DNA of 64,000 nt from a candidate division WWE3 bacterium RIFOXYC1_FULL_40_10 (GTDB lineage: Bacteria > Patescibacteriota > WWE3 > UBA101185 > UBA10185). The position numbers were made by a program, and so were the translations under genes. Of this stretch, positions 46,201-56,141 are shown piece by piece; the stretch's first letter is position 1; every line of letters starts with the position of its first letter. The DNA is taken from positions 242,488 through 306,487 of the forward strand of contig MEWB01000001.1 in the NCBI GenBank assembly GCA_001773215.1, read 5' to 3'. Below the pieces are notes generated by a model. It searched no databases. It was given only the letters and a program-made list of their open reading frames with translations, and was not told where the DNA came from.

Positions 46201-46898
46201 CTGTCCCCTTTAATCTTTCCATCTGCCAAGGTTAGAACTCTGTTACATCTTGCAGCAATAAAATCTTCGTGAGTGACGACAATTATTGTGTGTCCTTTGT
46301 TGTTTAGCTGTTCAAAAATATCCATAATTTCATTCCCCTGCGAACTTGGTAAATTTCCGGTTGGCTCGTCTGCCAAAATGATGCTTGGTTCCATCGAGAG
46401 AGCTCGTGCAATTGCCACTCGCTGTTTCTGTCCCCCCGATAGTTGATTCGGATAACTCTTAAGTTTGTTTCCCAATCCGACTAGTGTTAACATTTCTCCA
46501 GCCCTTTGATGTCTTTTGGACTTTGGAATACCGGCATAGGTCATTGGTAAAGTAACATTTTGAAGTGCTGATGTTCGTGGGAGCAAGTTATAGGCTTGAA
46601 ACACAAAGCCTATCTCTTTATTTCTGATTTCGGCCAGGTCATCATCTTTGAGTTTTTCTATGTTTTTCCCGTTTAATATGTAGGTTCCCGAGCTTGGAAC
46701 GTCTAGGGCTCCTAATATGTGCATCAATGTAGATTTACCTGATCCAGATGGGCCCATAATTGCAACAAACTCCCCCTTATTAATCCCGAATGAGATGTCA
46801 TCAAGTGCCTTTGTTTGTAGCTGTCCGTCGATATAAATTTTGGAAAGGTTCTTTACTTCTATCATTTTATCTCCCAAAGCCGGGAATAAATCCCCCAC
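46197..46898 (-). CDS. ABC transporter ATP-binding protein (MacB/LolD-type)
   Basis: Walker [10 protein letters not shown], signature [15 protein letters not shown], Walker B ILADEPT. Confidence 0.9.
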   Translation of the reverse strand: MGDLFPALGDKMIEVKNLSKIYIDGQLQTKALDDISFGINKGEFVAIMGPSGSGKSTLMHILGALDVPSSGTYILNGKNIEKLKDDDLAEIRNKEIGFVFQAYNLLPRTSALQNVTLPMTYAGIPKSKRHQRAGEMLTLVGLGNKLKSYPNQLSGGQKQRVAIARALSMEPSIILADEPTGNLPSSQGNEIMDIFEQLNNKGHTIIVVTHEDFIAARCNRVLTLADGKIKGDR

Positions 46899-48096
46899 CC
46901 TGGCGATTAGTCTGCGGGCTAGTTGTAGTAAATCCGCTGGTTGGTAAACTGTTTATTACAACTTCCTCCCCTTCGGATACTCCGGACAGAATCTCGGTAA
47001 AGTCAGTAGTTTTGATTCCCATTTCAACCTTTGTGTCTACAAACTGCTCTCCCTTTTTAACCTTAACACTGGTTTCGCCTTTTCGCGTAGTTATTGCAGA
47101 GGTAGGAACGTAAAGAACATCTTGCTTTTCCGCAATAACGATGTCGCCATCAACACCCATGTTTGGCAAAACTTTATCCTGTTCCGCATCAAACTTTACG
47201 ATTACGGGATAATTAGATACTCCACTAGATACCGTTCCAATTTTGTCTATTCCTACAACTTTTCCGTTAAAGGTTTGTTTTGGCAAGCTGTTTAAGGTTA
47301 AGTACACAGTTTGACTGACACTAATCTTATTAATATCCACCTCTGAAACGTTCAAAGAGGCTATCGGAGTCCCTTCACGCTTTATGGAGGCTACAGTTGC
47401 AGAAGTTCTTTCCGAAAGTGAGTTTGCAATATCCATTCCCTCTACTACGACAATGTTTGCGATAGTACCGCTTTCCGGTGCTAATATTTGTGGGGATGCC
47501 GCCTGATAAGCCAGCCAAGCCTTGTTCAATGAAGCTTTAGCTTGTTGTATTGAATTTTCCTGACTCTCATAATCTGCTTTAGCAGTTAGGTATGTATTTT
47601 CCGCTAATTTGTAGGAAACCCTTTCATCATGCGTTTGGTAGCTATTTCCCTCTTTTTCTGTATCAAAGGACTCTGTTGCGTTTATTAAAGCGGATTCTAA
47701 AGCATATAGCTTATTATTTGCTGAATCCAGCGAATTTTTTGCAGACAAATAGGTGTTCCAAGCTTGAGATAAGCTTTCCTGCCCGTCGGAATTTAGTGTC
47801 ACACTCATTAACTTCTGGCCCTTTGAAACTACTTCCCCCTCTTTTACATAAACTTTTTCAACAATTCCGTTCACTGCTGTTGTAACCGGAAGGTAATTAG
47901 CACTTTCGATTTGGCCTGATGAGGATACAGAGTCCTTTAAAGTACCTCTCTGTACTTTAGCAGTTAGTGTTTGAGTTTTAGATTGGCTTAAGATCTTATA
48001 CTTAGCTTGGTTGGTATAAATGAAGTAACCGCCTATTGCTAATCCGGTGATTAGAAGTGTTACAAATAGCCTTTTTCGTGTTATGAGTTTACGCAT
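46867..48096 (-). CDS. Periplasmic adaptor (HlyD/MacA-family membrane fusion protein)
   Basis: 409 aa; N-terminal TM, coiled-coil and beta-barrel region; operon with ABC ATPase and permease. Confidence 0.8.
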   Translation of the reverse strand: MRKLITRKRLFVTLLITGLAIGGYFIYTNQAKYKILSQSKTQTLTAKVQRGTLKDSVSSSGQIESANYLPVTTAVNGIVEKVYVKEGEVVSKGQKLMSVTLNSDGQESLSQAWNTYLSAKNSLDSANNKLYALESALINATESFDTEKEGNSYQTHDERVSYKLAENTYLTAKADYESQENSIQQAKASLNKAWLAYQAASPQILAPESGTIANIVVVEGMDIANSLSERTSATVASIKREGTPIASLNVSEVDINKISVSQTVYLTLNSLPKQTFNGKVVGIDKIGTVSSGVSNYPVIVKFDAEQDKVLPNMGVDGDIVIAEKQDVLYVPTSAITTRKGETSVKVKKGEQFVDTKVEMGIKTTDFTEILSGVSEGEEVVINSLPTSGFTTTSPQTNRQGGGFIPGFGR

Positions 48097-48211
48097 ATCC
48101 TATATATTACACTCCTAAGGCAAGATTTATTTCATTTCTGGCAAAATATAAGCCAAAAAAAATCCGGCCCGCTGATAAAATATAATCAGTGAACCGGATC
48201 GTAGTGAATCT

Positions 48212-48442
48212 TTATAGTTTTCCCATTTTTTTGAGCTGAATTTCGACTTTCACTAACAGCTCGATTCCAGGTAATTCCTCTTTAAACAAACTGTAGGCCC
48301 TTTTGGGGTCCTTATGGTCAGAGATCAACTTTACAATCTCTTCAAAGTTGTCTCTTGAATCAAACAACAAGTCCCTAAACTCCATATCCCGCTCTGCTTG
48401 GGACTTTTTGGCAGGGTAGATTATTGCTGGAAAGAATAACAT
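48212..48442 (-). CDS. Small hypothetical protein (76 aa)
   Basis: ORF track only. Confidence 0.3.
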   Translation of the reverse strand: MLFFPAIIYPAKKSQAERDMEFRDLLFDSRDNFEEIVKLISDHKDPKRAYSLFKEELPGIELLVKVEIQLKKMGKL

Positions 48443-49443
48443 TAGTTCTCCTTTTTCAGGTTGAGCGCTCCCTTGGCGAAGCAGAGTGTTTCAACCGAAT
48501 CCTCGCAAGGATCGATCCAGATCAGAAAGAAGAAACTTTCTGCTCCGGAAGCGAACTGAGCAATCCCAGATAATACGGCGCCAATACTCATGCTGGTTCT
48601 GAACGCGAGCTGTGCCGCGTTGTAACTTAGCGCCCACCACCAGTACCGAAGTACAGGCGGAGTACCTTGTAGCCAGTTAGTCCGAATGCCTGAAGACAAC
48701 TCGCCTTCGGACTTAATCACTGTCCAGCCCCGGCCGGATACCCAGCTCATGGCCGCATCCACAGTCTTTTTAGCGGTATCGTAGGCGGTGATTGGAGCAC
48801 CATTTGGGCTGCAAATAAAAGCCCAAAGTCGGCCGTTGAGTTTACCAATGAAAATGTATGCCTCTTGGTAACCTCCTCCGGCTTGCCGGTAGGCAACAAT
48901 ACCACCGTTTAAGGCTGAGGAGAAAATCGCCTTGAGTGTAGCGCCTACTTCGGCGAGGTTGTAAATGTTCACACCGGTCACCCCTAAGTGATTCGTTGAG
49001 TGGAACAATACCTCAGTCCAAACATACTCGATGGTTCCACTTGAGTTGGAAACCAAATTCATAGCTTGGCCGAACGCTGCAGCTCCCTGTTGACTAACTT
49101 GAATCACTGGCACAGATACTGCTCCGGCGCTGTTGATTGAATTACGCAATCCAACTTCCAAATCGAACACGGCGGGTTGAATCTTTAGGGTGCCCTCGTT
49201 AAGAGCTGCCATTGTTATGGCTAGCTCCTGGGGATTAAGTTTTTCCACGAAAAAAGAGTCAGCGAAAAGATTAGCCCACTCTGATTCGCATTGTGGCCAA
49301 CCCGATCCCTGCCCGTCCCCCATCGAATTGCACTTTTCTACCAAATCCTGCGGATTAACCGCCTGGATCTGGGGTTGACCACAACCAACAGTGGCTGCAG
49401 CCAAAACAAAAGCCAGGATAATGGTAATCAAGTTTGTCTTCAT
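48442..49443 (-). CDS. Lipoprotein hypothetical (333 aa), high GC
   Basis: Signal peptide with VGCG lipobox; GC about 50%. Confidence 0.5.
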   Translation of the reverse strand: MKTNLITIILAFVLAAATVGCGQPQIQAVNPQDLVEKCNSMGDGQGSGWPQCESEWANLFADSFFVEKLNPQELAITMAALNEGTLKIQPAVFDLEVGLRNSINSAGAVSVPVIQVSQQGAAAFGQAMNLVSNSSGTIEYVWTEVLFHSTNHLGVTGVNIYNLAEVGATLKAIFSSALNGGIVAYRQAGGGYQEAYIFIGKLNGRLWAFICSPNGAPITAYDTAKKTVDAAMSWVSGRGWTVIKSEGELSSGIRTNWLQGTPPVLRYWWWALSYNAAQLAFRTSMSIGAVLSGIAQFASGAESFFFLIWIDPCEDSVETLCFAKGALNLKKEN

Positions 49444-49573
49444 TCCAGCCTCCTTTTGGCTGATATTACAAGATAGTTATAATGTTTATTGTAAAAGTTC
49501 TATGGGTGTAATTATACTATAGGATTATGAGTTTGGCAAGTGGTAATAGGCAAAAGCGAGGGAGTTGAGTTCT

Positions 49574-49795
49574 TCAGCCTATCGAGATAAATAAGATAAT
49601 TAGGGACAAGTACAAAATCCCCCACCCTATTGTCCAGCCTAACAGCAAGAATGCGTCTTTGTACTGTTTTTCCCAAAAAAGGATAGCTGATTTGCCAAGC
49701 ACTAGGGAACACGTTATTACTGCGGAAATTATAAACAATAGCAACATTACAATAGGTGCGAAAAATTCCGATGAATACCTAAAAACTTGTTGCAA
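49574..49795 (-). CDS. Small two-TM membrane protein (73 aa)
   Basis: ORF track; hydrophobic. Confidence 0.3.
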   Translation of the reverse strand: MQQVFRYSSEFFAPIVMLLLFIISAVITCSLVLGKSAILFWEKQYKDAFLLLGWTIGWGILYLSLIILFISIG

Positions 49796-49857
49796 GGTAC
49801 CAAGAAAAATAGAGATCAGAAAGATATAAATAACCAGGCCTGTTGCTTGAAATAAAG

Positions 49858-50079
49858 CTATGAAAGGGAGGGAGAGTTTTTTCGTAGTTTTAACCTTTGA
49901 ATAATTAAATACACGATAGGTAATATTCCAATCGAGTTAACAACGAGAATTGCAGCGTACCAGTACTTGTGATTATTTCTGGCAGATACCCATAATGAAA
50001 TACCTTTCCATGTCATTTCCCAAATAACAAGTCCCATAATCACATAAGGATTTTGCAAGTAAATAGCTAGGGAATTCAT
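49858..50079 (-). CDS. Small two-TM membrane protein (73 aa)
   Basis: ORF track; hydrophobic. Confidence 0.3.
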   Translation of the reverse strand: MNSLAIYLQNPYVIMGLVIWEMTWKGISLWVSARNNHKYWYAAILVVNSIGILPIVYLIIQRLKLRKNSPSLS

Positions 50080-50093
50080 ACATTACTATTATA

Positions 50094-50987
50094 CTACTTT
50101 TCTGCAGATACTTGGGACTTGATAGATTGAATAAAATACTTTTTAGCGAAGATTCTAACTAATAAAAGTGTTGTTACGATAATGACAGAAATTAGGTAGA
50201 TGCCTTGTGCCCACAGCTGGTTTGAGTCACTCCCAGTTAAGATGCCGTGGAAAAGGAAGAGCAAATAAAAACCAAAACTTGTGTAGTGGATTGCTCGCCA
50301 GATTTTGGGTTTAATTACCTTCCCCCGCAACTTTGATGTACTTACCAGCACTAAAGCTAAATATGTCGCTAGTATTCCCAGGGAAATCGGCAGGTTTAAA
50401 TCGAATCCCAAAGCGGATTTAAAGGTGCGAATTACAGTAAATGGAATTAGTATTTCGGGGAGGGTTAGTTTAATAGTCGAATCAAACATGAGGGAGCCTG
50501 CGTGAATAACAACCAACGCCAATCCAATGATAGAGGCGGAAAAACTGTGTGTTTCTAATGCGGTTGGCGCACTAAAAACCTTGAACTTGAGCAAAAACTT
50601 TGAGGTCATTAACAGGCCAAAGCATGTCACCCAGGTAAAAACAACAAACGCAGCGATTCCGCTAATTCTTCCTATATACCACATAACCGGGGATCCGGTT
50701 CGGAATAATGGCTGAGCAACGTCTAGTTTGTAAGTATTAAGTAGATTTGAGCCAGGGTCAGTAGGATTTGTATTATCGAGTATTTCCTGTGCGTCTAGTA
50801 CACCATCCTCGTCCGTGTCGGCTTTGGTTCGATCAGTGTGATAAGTGGTAATTTCTGCATCATCGGTAAGGCCGTCCATGTCGGAATCTTGGGTTGTTTC
50901 AGCCAAGCTGAAGTTAGTGCTGAGAGCTATAGTTGCCACAACCAAGGTAAGTAGTATTTTTCTTATTTGATCATGCTTTCCAAACAT
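50094..50987 (-). CDS. Ferric-reductase-like bis-haem transmembrane protein (MsrQ/YedZ-like) with N-terminal secreted Ca-binding (TSP3-like DxDxDG) repeats
   Basis: 297 aa; signal peptide; DSDMDGLTDD / DTDEDGVLD repeats; two TM helices each with His pairs spaced 13-15 residues (HSFSASIIGLALVVIH, HYTSFGFYLLFLFH). Confidence 0.55.
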   Translation of the reverse strand: MFGKHDQIRKILLTLVVATIALSTNFSLAETTQDSDMDGLTDDAEITTYHTDRTKADTDEDGVLDAQEILDNTNPTDPGSNLLNTYKLDVAQPLFRTGSPVMWYIGRISGIAAFVVFTWVTCFGLLMTSKFLLKFKVFSAPTALETHSFSASIIGLALVVIHAGSLMFDSTIKLTLPEILIPFTVIRTFKSALGFDLNLPISLGILATYLALVLVSTSKLRGKVIKPKIWRAIHYTSFGFYLLFLFHGILTGSDSNQLWAQGIYLISVIIVTTLLLVRIFAKKYFIQSIKSQVSAEK

Positions 50988-51918
50988 ATTTTAGTGCACT
51001 TTCCGACGAGTGAATTTTTCCATCTTTAGCTATTAAAATTGCAGGGATCTGATTGCTATTGCAATACTCAAGGCCCTTGTTAAGTCCCTTGATAACAATC
51101 ACTTTTGCCATAATATCACAATAAACTGTGGAGTTGCCAATTACAGTAACCGTTTCCAAGTCGCCCTGTATACTCCTACCCGAAGCGGGGTCAATTAGGT
51201 GATTTTTAATTATGCCGTCCGCCAGCCATTTTCGTCTATTAACCCCAGATGTGGCAATTGCCTGGTTGCTCACTAAAAGCGTGGGACTGTTTAAAAGGCA
51301 TCTATCCACAAAAGGATTTTCAATCTCGATAGCCCAGTATGGATACTTTTGTTTGGAATCTATCCCCGCCAGATACATATCTCCTCCTGCTTCAATGCAA
51401 TAATTTGCATATTTAGCTTGTAAAAACTCAACTGCCTTGTCTAATATGTAGCCTTTCCCGATCCCTCCCAGATCTATTTTTAAATTACTGGGTTTTACAA
51501 CAGTATGAGTGGATTCATCCAGTTGTACCATCCCAAAATTATATTTTTCCAAAACGGGTGTTTTCCATTGTTTTTTCCCGGGAAGTCCTTTTTTAAAGCT
51601 TTGGTTATAACCTTCACTCACTAAAGATGGAAGGATAGAAGGCTCAAAAACGCCGGCGGTTTTTTGGAAATAGTCCTTTGCGAGTACTAACATTCCCATC
51701 ATTTCATCGGATACCGCCAGTGCCGTTGCATTGTTTAATTTAGCTAGCTCATTAGTAGTAGAAAATCGGTTAAAATTGTTATCAAATCTTTGTAGCATCT
51801 TTACTACGTTGACTATGTCCTTATGAATTTCGTCGTGAGACCTAGTTTGGGATGCAACAGCAACATAGATATCTGTTGCCATGATTTTTTGTTTTAATTC
51901 AAGGTCGACAAAGTTCAT
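50971..51918 (-). CDS. apbE: FAD:protein FMN transferase (ApbE family)
   Basis: 315 aa; ApbE signature HLIDPASG and overall family resemblance. Confidence 0.8.
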   Translation of the reverse strand: MNFVDLELKQKIMATDIYVAVASQTRSHDEIHKDIVNVVKMLQRFDNNFNRFSTTNELAKLNNATALAVSDEMMGMLVLAKDYFQKTAGVFEPSILPSLVSEGYNQSFKKGLPGKKQWKTPVLEKYNFGMVQLDESTHTVVKPSNLKIDLGGIGKGYILDKAVEFLQAKYANYCIEAGGDMYLAGIDSKQKYPYWAIEIENPFVDRCLLNSPTLLVSNQAIATSGVNRRKWLADGIIKNHLIDPASGRSIQGDLETVTVIGNSTVYCDIMAKVIVIKGLNKGLEYCNSNQIPAILIAKDGKIHSSESALKYVWKA

Positions 51919-52382
51919 TCCAAATTGTCCAGAATACCGTTAGTGTTGAGGTCTTCAAAGTCTACTAAGGAGAAATCGTCTTCGCCCGGTTTTTGGTCCA
52001 GCGCATTAGGAACCGAATCCCCGTCATCATCAGTGAATAACTCTTTCTCGAGGATAGAAGGGTTTGGATCCAAAGCATCTACCAAGCCGTCTTTATCAGA
52101 GTCTCTGTCGTAGCCGGAATCTACAACAGTAATATAGTTAACAACTTGTTCGGGTATGTCCGGCTCAGCTTGCAGCAGCTGTACGACTTCTGTCCACTCC
52201 TCAACTTCGTTATCTTCATCATCTTCCCCTCGTTCTCTCTCATCCTCATCTTCATCCTCTTCCTCGTCATCTTCAGCGTACACTTTATCGATAGTTGTGT
52301 AATTCGGTGAATAGTTGTCAATCGTTATATTTGAAACAAGCGAGGAGACTATAAGTAATAATAGCAACAAGTATTTTTTCAT
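51915..52382 (-). CDS. Secreted highly acidic protein with TSP3-like Ca-binding repeats (155 aa)
   Basis: Signal peptide; DRDSDKDGLVDALD, TDDDGDSVPNALD repeats; 4-nt overlap with apbE. Confidence 0.5.
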   Translation of the reverse strand: MKKYLLLLLLIVSSLVSNITIDNYSPNYTTIDKVYAEDDEEEDEDEDERERGEDDEDNEVEEWTEVVQLLQAEPDIPEQVVNYITVVDSGYDRDSDKDGLVDALDPNPSILEKELFTDDDGDSVPNALDQKPGEDDFSLVDFEDLNTNGILDNLE

Positions 52383-52384
52383 AA

Positions 52385-52801
52385 TTATGAGGTTTTTGTT
52401 TTTGGTTTAGATTGAGGTTTAGTCACTGTAATAGTTTGGGCAGCTGTGTTGTTACTTAAGGATTGGGGAGCCACTGTGCCTGAAACAGTAGGCGTATTTG
52501 TGTCGGGAACAGTTCTCGTATGGAGCGAAATCAGTCCGGGTTGTGTCATCAAGGCGTTTTCGTAGTTGGTTCTTGTACTAAGCATTTTCTGGGTATTTTC
52601 TTCCTTTATCTTAGCTACCTGAGAAGCGTATTGGTCTTTATACAATTGCCAGCCGGAGTACAGCTCTTGATAGTATTGTTGCTCTGCCATATACTTTTGA
52701 AGTTTTCTATACTGCTCGCTGGAAGATACTCCAAACGTGGTTGCACCTATAGTTAGTGCGGTGGTTATTAATGCTATAAGCCTAAGTTTAGTAGTTTTCA
52801 T
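52385..52801 (-). CDS. Secreted hypothetical protein (start at MKTTKL)
   Basis: ORF 52385..52813; signal peptide, Thr/Pro-rich C-terminus. Confidence 0.45.
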   Translation of the reverse strand: MKTTKLRLIALITTALTIGATTFGVSSSEQYRKLQKYMAEQQYYQELYSGWQLYKDQYASQVAKIKEENTQKMLSTRTNYENALMTQPGLISLHTRTVPDTNTPTVSGTVAPQSLSNNTAAQTITVTKPQSKPKTKTS

Positions 52802-52831
52802 AGCAGATAACATATTATATCACATCTATAT

Positions 52832-53269
52832 GTGCTAGTATTGTTTCCGATGAACAATAATACCTATTACAAAATCATAATGCTGCTTAGTGTGTTTGGA
52901 ATGGTTCTAGCATTCTATCTTTTTTACAATTACTTAACCCGGCCGGCTTTTCAAATTTGTACAATTAGTGAAACAATAAATTGTGATGAAGTTACGAAAG
53001 GTACACTTTCTACTCTTTTTGGGGTGCCGGTTTCTTTGGTAGGTTTACTAGGCTATTTGGGAATATTAATGGCCGCCTCGTTGGCTAAACCAAAAGTAAT
53101 TTTAGGGTTTGCACTTTTTGGAACCTTATTTTGTTTACGCCTTACTATTTTGGAGATTTTTGTAGTAAAAGTTATTTGTCCGGTTTGTATCGCCTGCCAG
53201 ATTAACATGCTGGTAATCCTTTTTCTTTCTATTGTCCACAGCAAAAAACCTGTTTTAAATGAAAGTTAA
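52832..53269 (+). CDS. VKOR/DsbB-like membrane thiol oxidoreductase
   Basis: 145 aa; 4 TM; loop Cys pair (CTISETINC) and TM4 CPVC redox motif typical of vitamin K epoxide reductase homologs. Confidence 0.55.
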   Translation: MLVLFPMNNNTYYKIIMLLSVFGMVLAFYLFYNYLTRPAFQICTISETINCDEVTKGTLSTLFGVPVSLVGLLGYLGILMAASLAKPKVILGFALFGTLFCLRLTILEIFVVKVICPVCIACQINMLVILFLSIVHSKKPVLNES

Positions 53270-54499
53270 AGCACACCCTTTTTTACCTATTCTTCCGGTT
53301 CGGCCTATTCGATGAATGTAGTCCATGTAGGTTGCTGGTTCATCATAATTGATAACGTGTGATATATCAGGAACGTCGATTCCTCTTGAAGCAACATCTG
53401 TAGCTACTAAAATATCAATTTCGTCGCGTTTGAACATTGATAAAATCTTGGTTCTCTGCCCTAATGATTTATTTCCATGTAAGGCATCAGCCTTATGGCC
53501 CTTTTTTCTTAAAGCTAACGCAACTTCATCAGCGCCACGTTTTGTTCTTGAAAACACTAATACCCTTTGGAACTCAGTTTTAATTAGCAATTCATGCAAA
53601 GTTTCTATTTTGCCTTTAGATGAATCTACCTTAACTACATTTTGATCAACATTTTTAACAGCAACTTGCTGGGTCAGTTCAAAAGTAACCGGGTTTCTTA
53701 ACAGAGAGTTGGCAATTTCCTTGATTTTTGAAGCCATAGTTGCGGAGAAAAATAACGACTGTCTTGTTGATTTCAATTTAGATATTATAAGCTTCACATC
53801 ATGGATAAAACCCATATCAAGCATTTGATCTACTTCATCTAACACGATAATATCAAAATCTTCCAAGATAACATTTTGTCTTTTGTATAAATCGATTAAT
53901 CTTCCGGGTGTTGCAATAATAAATTGGTGATTTCGTTTTAATAATCGTATTTGAGTAGAGTAACTTGCCCCTCCAACGATTAGAACGTCGTTGATAAAAG
54001 TATTTTGAGCAAATAATCTAAATTCTGTTTGGATCTGCTTGACTAGTTCCCTGGTTGGGGCAACTACTAAACATTTTTTTGCTGGGTCATTTAGTAAAGC
54101 GTTAATAATAGGGATTAAGAAAGCTGCGGTTTTGCCCGAACCTGTTGCAGCTTGTCCGATTATATCGCGGCCTTCCAAAATAGGTGCAATAACCTGGGCC
54201 TGAATCTTTGTAGGATGAATATAATTGTGAGCACTAATGTTTTTAAGTAATTTTGGATTTAATTTGAAATCTGAAAAGGTCATTTGTCTCTCATACATGT
54301 TTTCTTGAGAGGTAGTTGTGTCTGTTGCTCTAGAAACATACATTTCATGGCTAATAAAATCTCCTCTATATGGATTACGTCTGCGGGCTCTTCCTCCCCC
54401 ACCCCAAGAACCGGAAGAATATCTCGAAGTTCTTCGAGATCTATTATGTCCAAACGCAGATGAACTACGTCTATTTGTAGAGCTGTAACTATTTATCAT
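53255..54499 (-). CDS. DEAD-box ATP-dependent RNA helicase with N-terminal Arg/Ser/Gly-rich low-complexity region
   Basis: Q motif/ PTKIQ, Walker A AATGSGKT, DEVD (DEAD-type), SAT, HRIGRTGR. Confidence 0.9.
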   Translation of the reverse strand: MINSYSSTNRRSSSAFGHNRSRRTSRYSSGSWGGGGRARRRNPYRGDFISHEMYVSRATDTTTSQENMYERQMTFSDFKLNPKLLKNISAHNYIHPTKIQAQVIAPILEGRDIIGQAATGSGKTAAFLIPIINALLNDPAKKCLVVAPTRELVKQIQTEFRLFAQNTFINDVLIVGGASYSTQIRLLKRNHQFIIATPGRLIDLYKRQNVILEDFDIIVLDEVDQMLDMGFIHDVKLIISKLKSTRQSLFFSATMASKIKEIANSLLRNPVTFELTQQVAVKNVDQNVVKVDSSKGKIETLHELLIKTEFQRVLVFSRTKRGADEVALALRKKGHKADALHGNKSLGQRTKILSMFKRDEIDILVATDVASRGIDVPDISHVINYDEPATYMDYIHRIGRTGRIGKKGCALTFI

Positions 54500-54593
54500 A
54501 TTGTATTAGTTGGATGAGCAAAACGGATGAAAGCTAACGGGTAAGGCCACTTCGATCAATTTCGATCAATCACATGGATCATAGTACCACACT

Positions 54594-54962
54594 TTGGAAA
54601 ATATTGCTTGTATAGGTGGGGTGTATAATTTACAAAGTATGCTAACTTGTCCGGTTTGTTTAAAAGAAATCCACGAAGGGAATGTTTTCTGCCCGCACTG
54701 TGGAATTAAGATACCCACCACCAACCCCCCGCTCTCAACCTGGTCGAAAATGAAAATATATTTAGTCACCGTGTTTTTAGCACCTTTTGGGCTATATTGG
54801 TTCTTTAAATATTTTAGAGAGTCTGATTCTGAAAAACGGAAGGTCGCCTACATTGTGTTGGTAATAACATTGGTTACTCTAGCATTTTCGGTGTTCTCTG
54901 GAATGTACGTGATGAAGTATTACACTAACTACATAAATACGATGATGCTCGGCGGGCTATAA
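54594..54962 (+). CDS. Zinc-ribbon membrane protein (CPVC...CPHC then 2 TM)
   Basis: ORF track; start may be internal MLTCPVC. Confidence 0.45.
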   Translation: MENIACIGGVYNLQSMLTCPVCLKEIHEGNVFCPHCGIKIPTTNPPLSTWSKMKIYLVTVFLAPFGLYWFFKYFRESDSEKRKVAYIVLVITLVTLAFSVFSGMYVMKYYTNYINTMMLGGL

Positions 54963-54998
54963 AAAAGGCGCAAACCTTTGTGCTTGCGCCTAATTAGT

Positions 54999-55385
54999 CT
55001 ATTTTCCACCTGCTATTTCGTAGTCCTCGGGTTTAACGCCAACTAATTCTCCCCTCCCGATGCAGTTTGAGAGTGTGAACCGTGACCAGTAAAAAGGTCT
55101 GTGAGTTATCTCCCCAAGCAAAACAAGTGCCATGGGCAACTGGGAATGGAAGTCAATACCTGAGATGGAGAGCTCAGCGTCAATTTTTTCGATTCCTTCG
55201 TCGACCCATAAGTCAAAGATTGGACCGTTCGCATCACCTATAAGTTTCCCCTTCCAGTACAAGCTGAAAGCGAGCATGAGTTTGTGAGCTTTTGGGTCCA
55301 GGTAAAGCAGTATATCCTTTGCTTCCAACACTTCTCCAGTTTCTGGTGCAACCCAAGGTTTTAAACTAATACGAATTTTCCGCAT
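54999..55385 (-). CDS. Hypothetical protein (128 aa)
   Basis: ORF track; AAGGAGAAAGAT SD. Confidence 0.45.
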   Translation of the reverse strand: MRKIRISLKPWVAPETGEVLEAKDILLYLDPKAHKLMLAFSLYWKGKLIGDANGPIFDLWVDEGIEKIDAELSISGIDFHSQLPMALVLLGEITHRPFYWSRFTLSNCIGRGELVGVKPEDYEIAGGK

Positions 55386-55455
55386 ATCTTTCTCCTTTTG
55401 TAATTGGGGTGATTATACTATAAAATCACCTAAAGTATCCCTAAAGGAGAGGTTA

Positions 55456-55977
55456 ATGAATTTGTTTCATATGTTTGGCTACTCATGCAAACGCTACATT
55501 ACTCCAATTCTGGTTGATGGGAAACGCCCGCAGACCTACATAGAACTTGGCTACCCCAGATCCCCCGCTCATGCAGGATCTTTTTTCTACGCCGAAGATT
55601 TATGGGTGCCTGACCCCCGAACAGCAAGCCTCCAAATTTATGCGCCTGCCTCAGGGGTAGCGGTATATTTAGTGCAACATAACACAGTTTGGGGTTCCAC
55701 TAAGGAGTATCAGAAGTATTTAAACATCATTACCGTTCAGGTAACCGGAAAATTTCGAGAACCTGGTGGTGAGTTTTATGAGTTAGCTCATTTAGCGGCC
55801 AACTCATGTCCTTTTCAAGTAGGGCAAAAAGTAAAGGCCGGAGATCTTCTAGGAAAAACGGGTTTAAACGGCTGGATCACACTCACCGACGGAGTCGTAG
55901 ATTCCCATCTGCATTTTATGGTAGGAGTGTGGGGTGAAAATGGTAGCTTTAAGTCACTAAGAATTCGGAGAAGGTGA
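55456..55977 (+). CDS. Peptidase M23 (LytM)-like protein
   Basis: 173 aa; GKTGLNGWITLTDGVVDSHLHFMV resembles the M23 GxTGxSTGPHLHFE block; AAAGGAGAGG SD. Confidence 0.5.
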   Translation: MNLFHMFGYSCKRYITPILVDGKRPQTYIELGYPRSPAHAGSFFYAEDLWVPDPRTASLQIYAPASGVAVYLVQHNTVWGSTKEYQKYLNIITVQVTGKFREPGGEFYELAHLAANSCPFQVGQKVKAGDLLGKTGLNGWITLTDGVVDSHLHFMVGVWGENGSFKSLRIRRR

Positions 55978-56141
55978 GATCTTTGTTTATGCAAGGTCTC
56001 ACCTATTTTTTGTTTCTAGTTTTTAAACTTCTAGTCCGTTTTGTGTAGTAATTTCTGTGGCTATCAATCTCCTTTATTGAATTGATCTGAGATTGTAAAT
56101 TACTACAAATATGATAACATCCAGCAAAAGAAGGATTAAGA

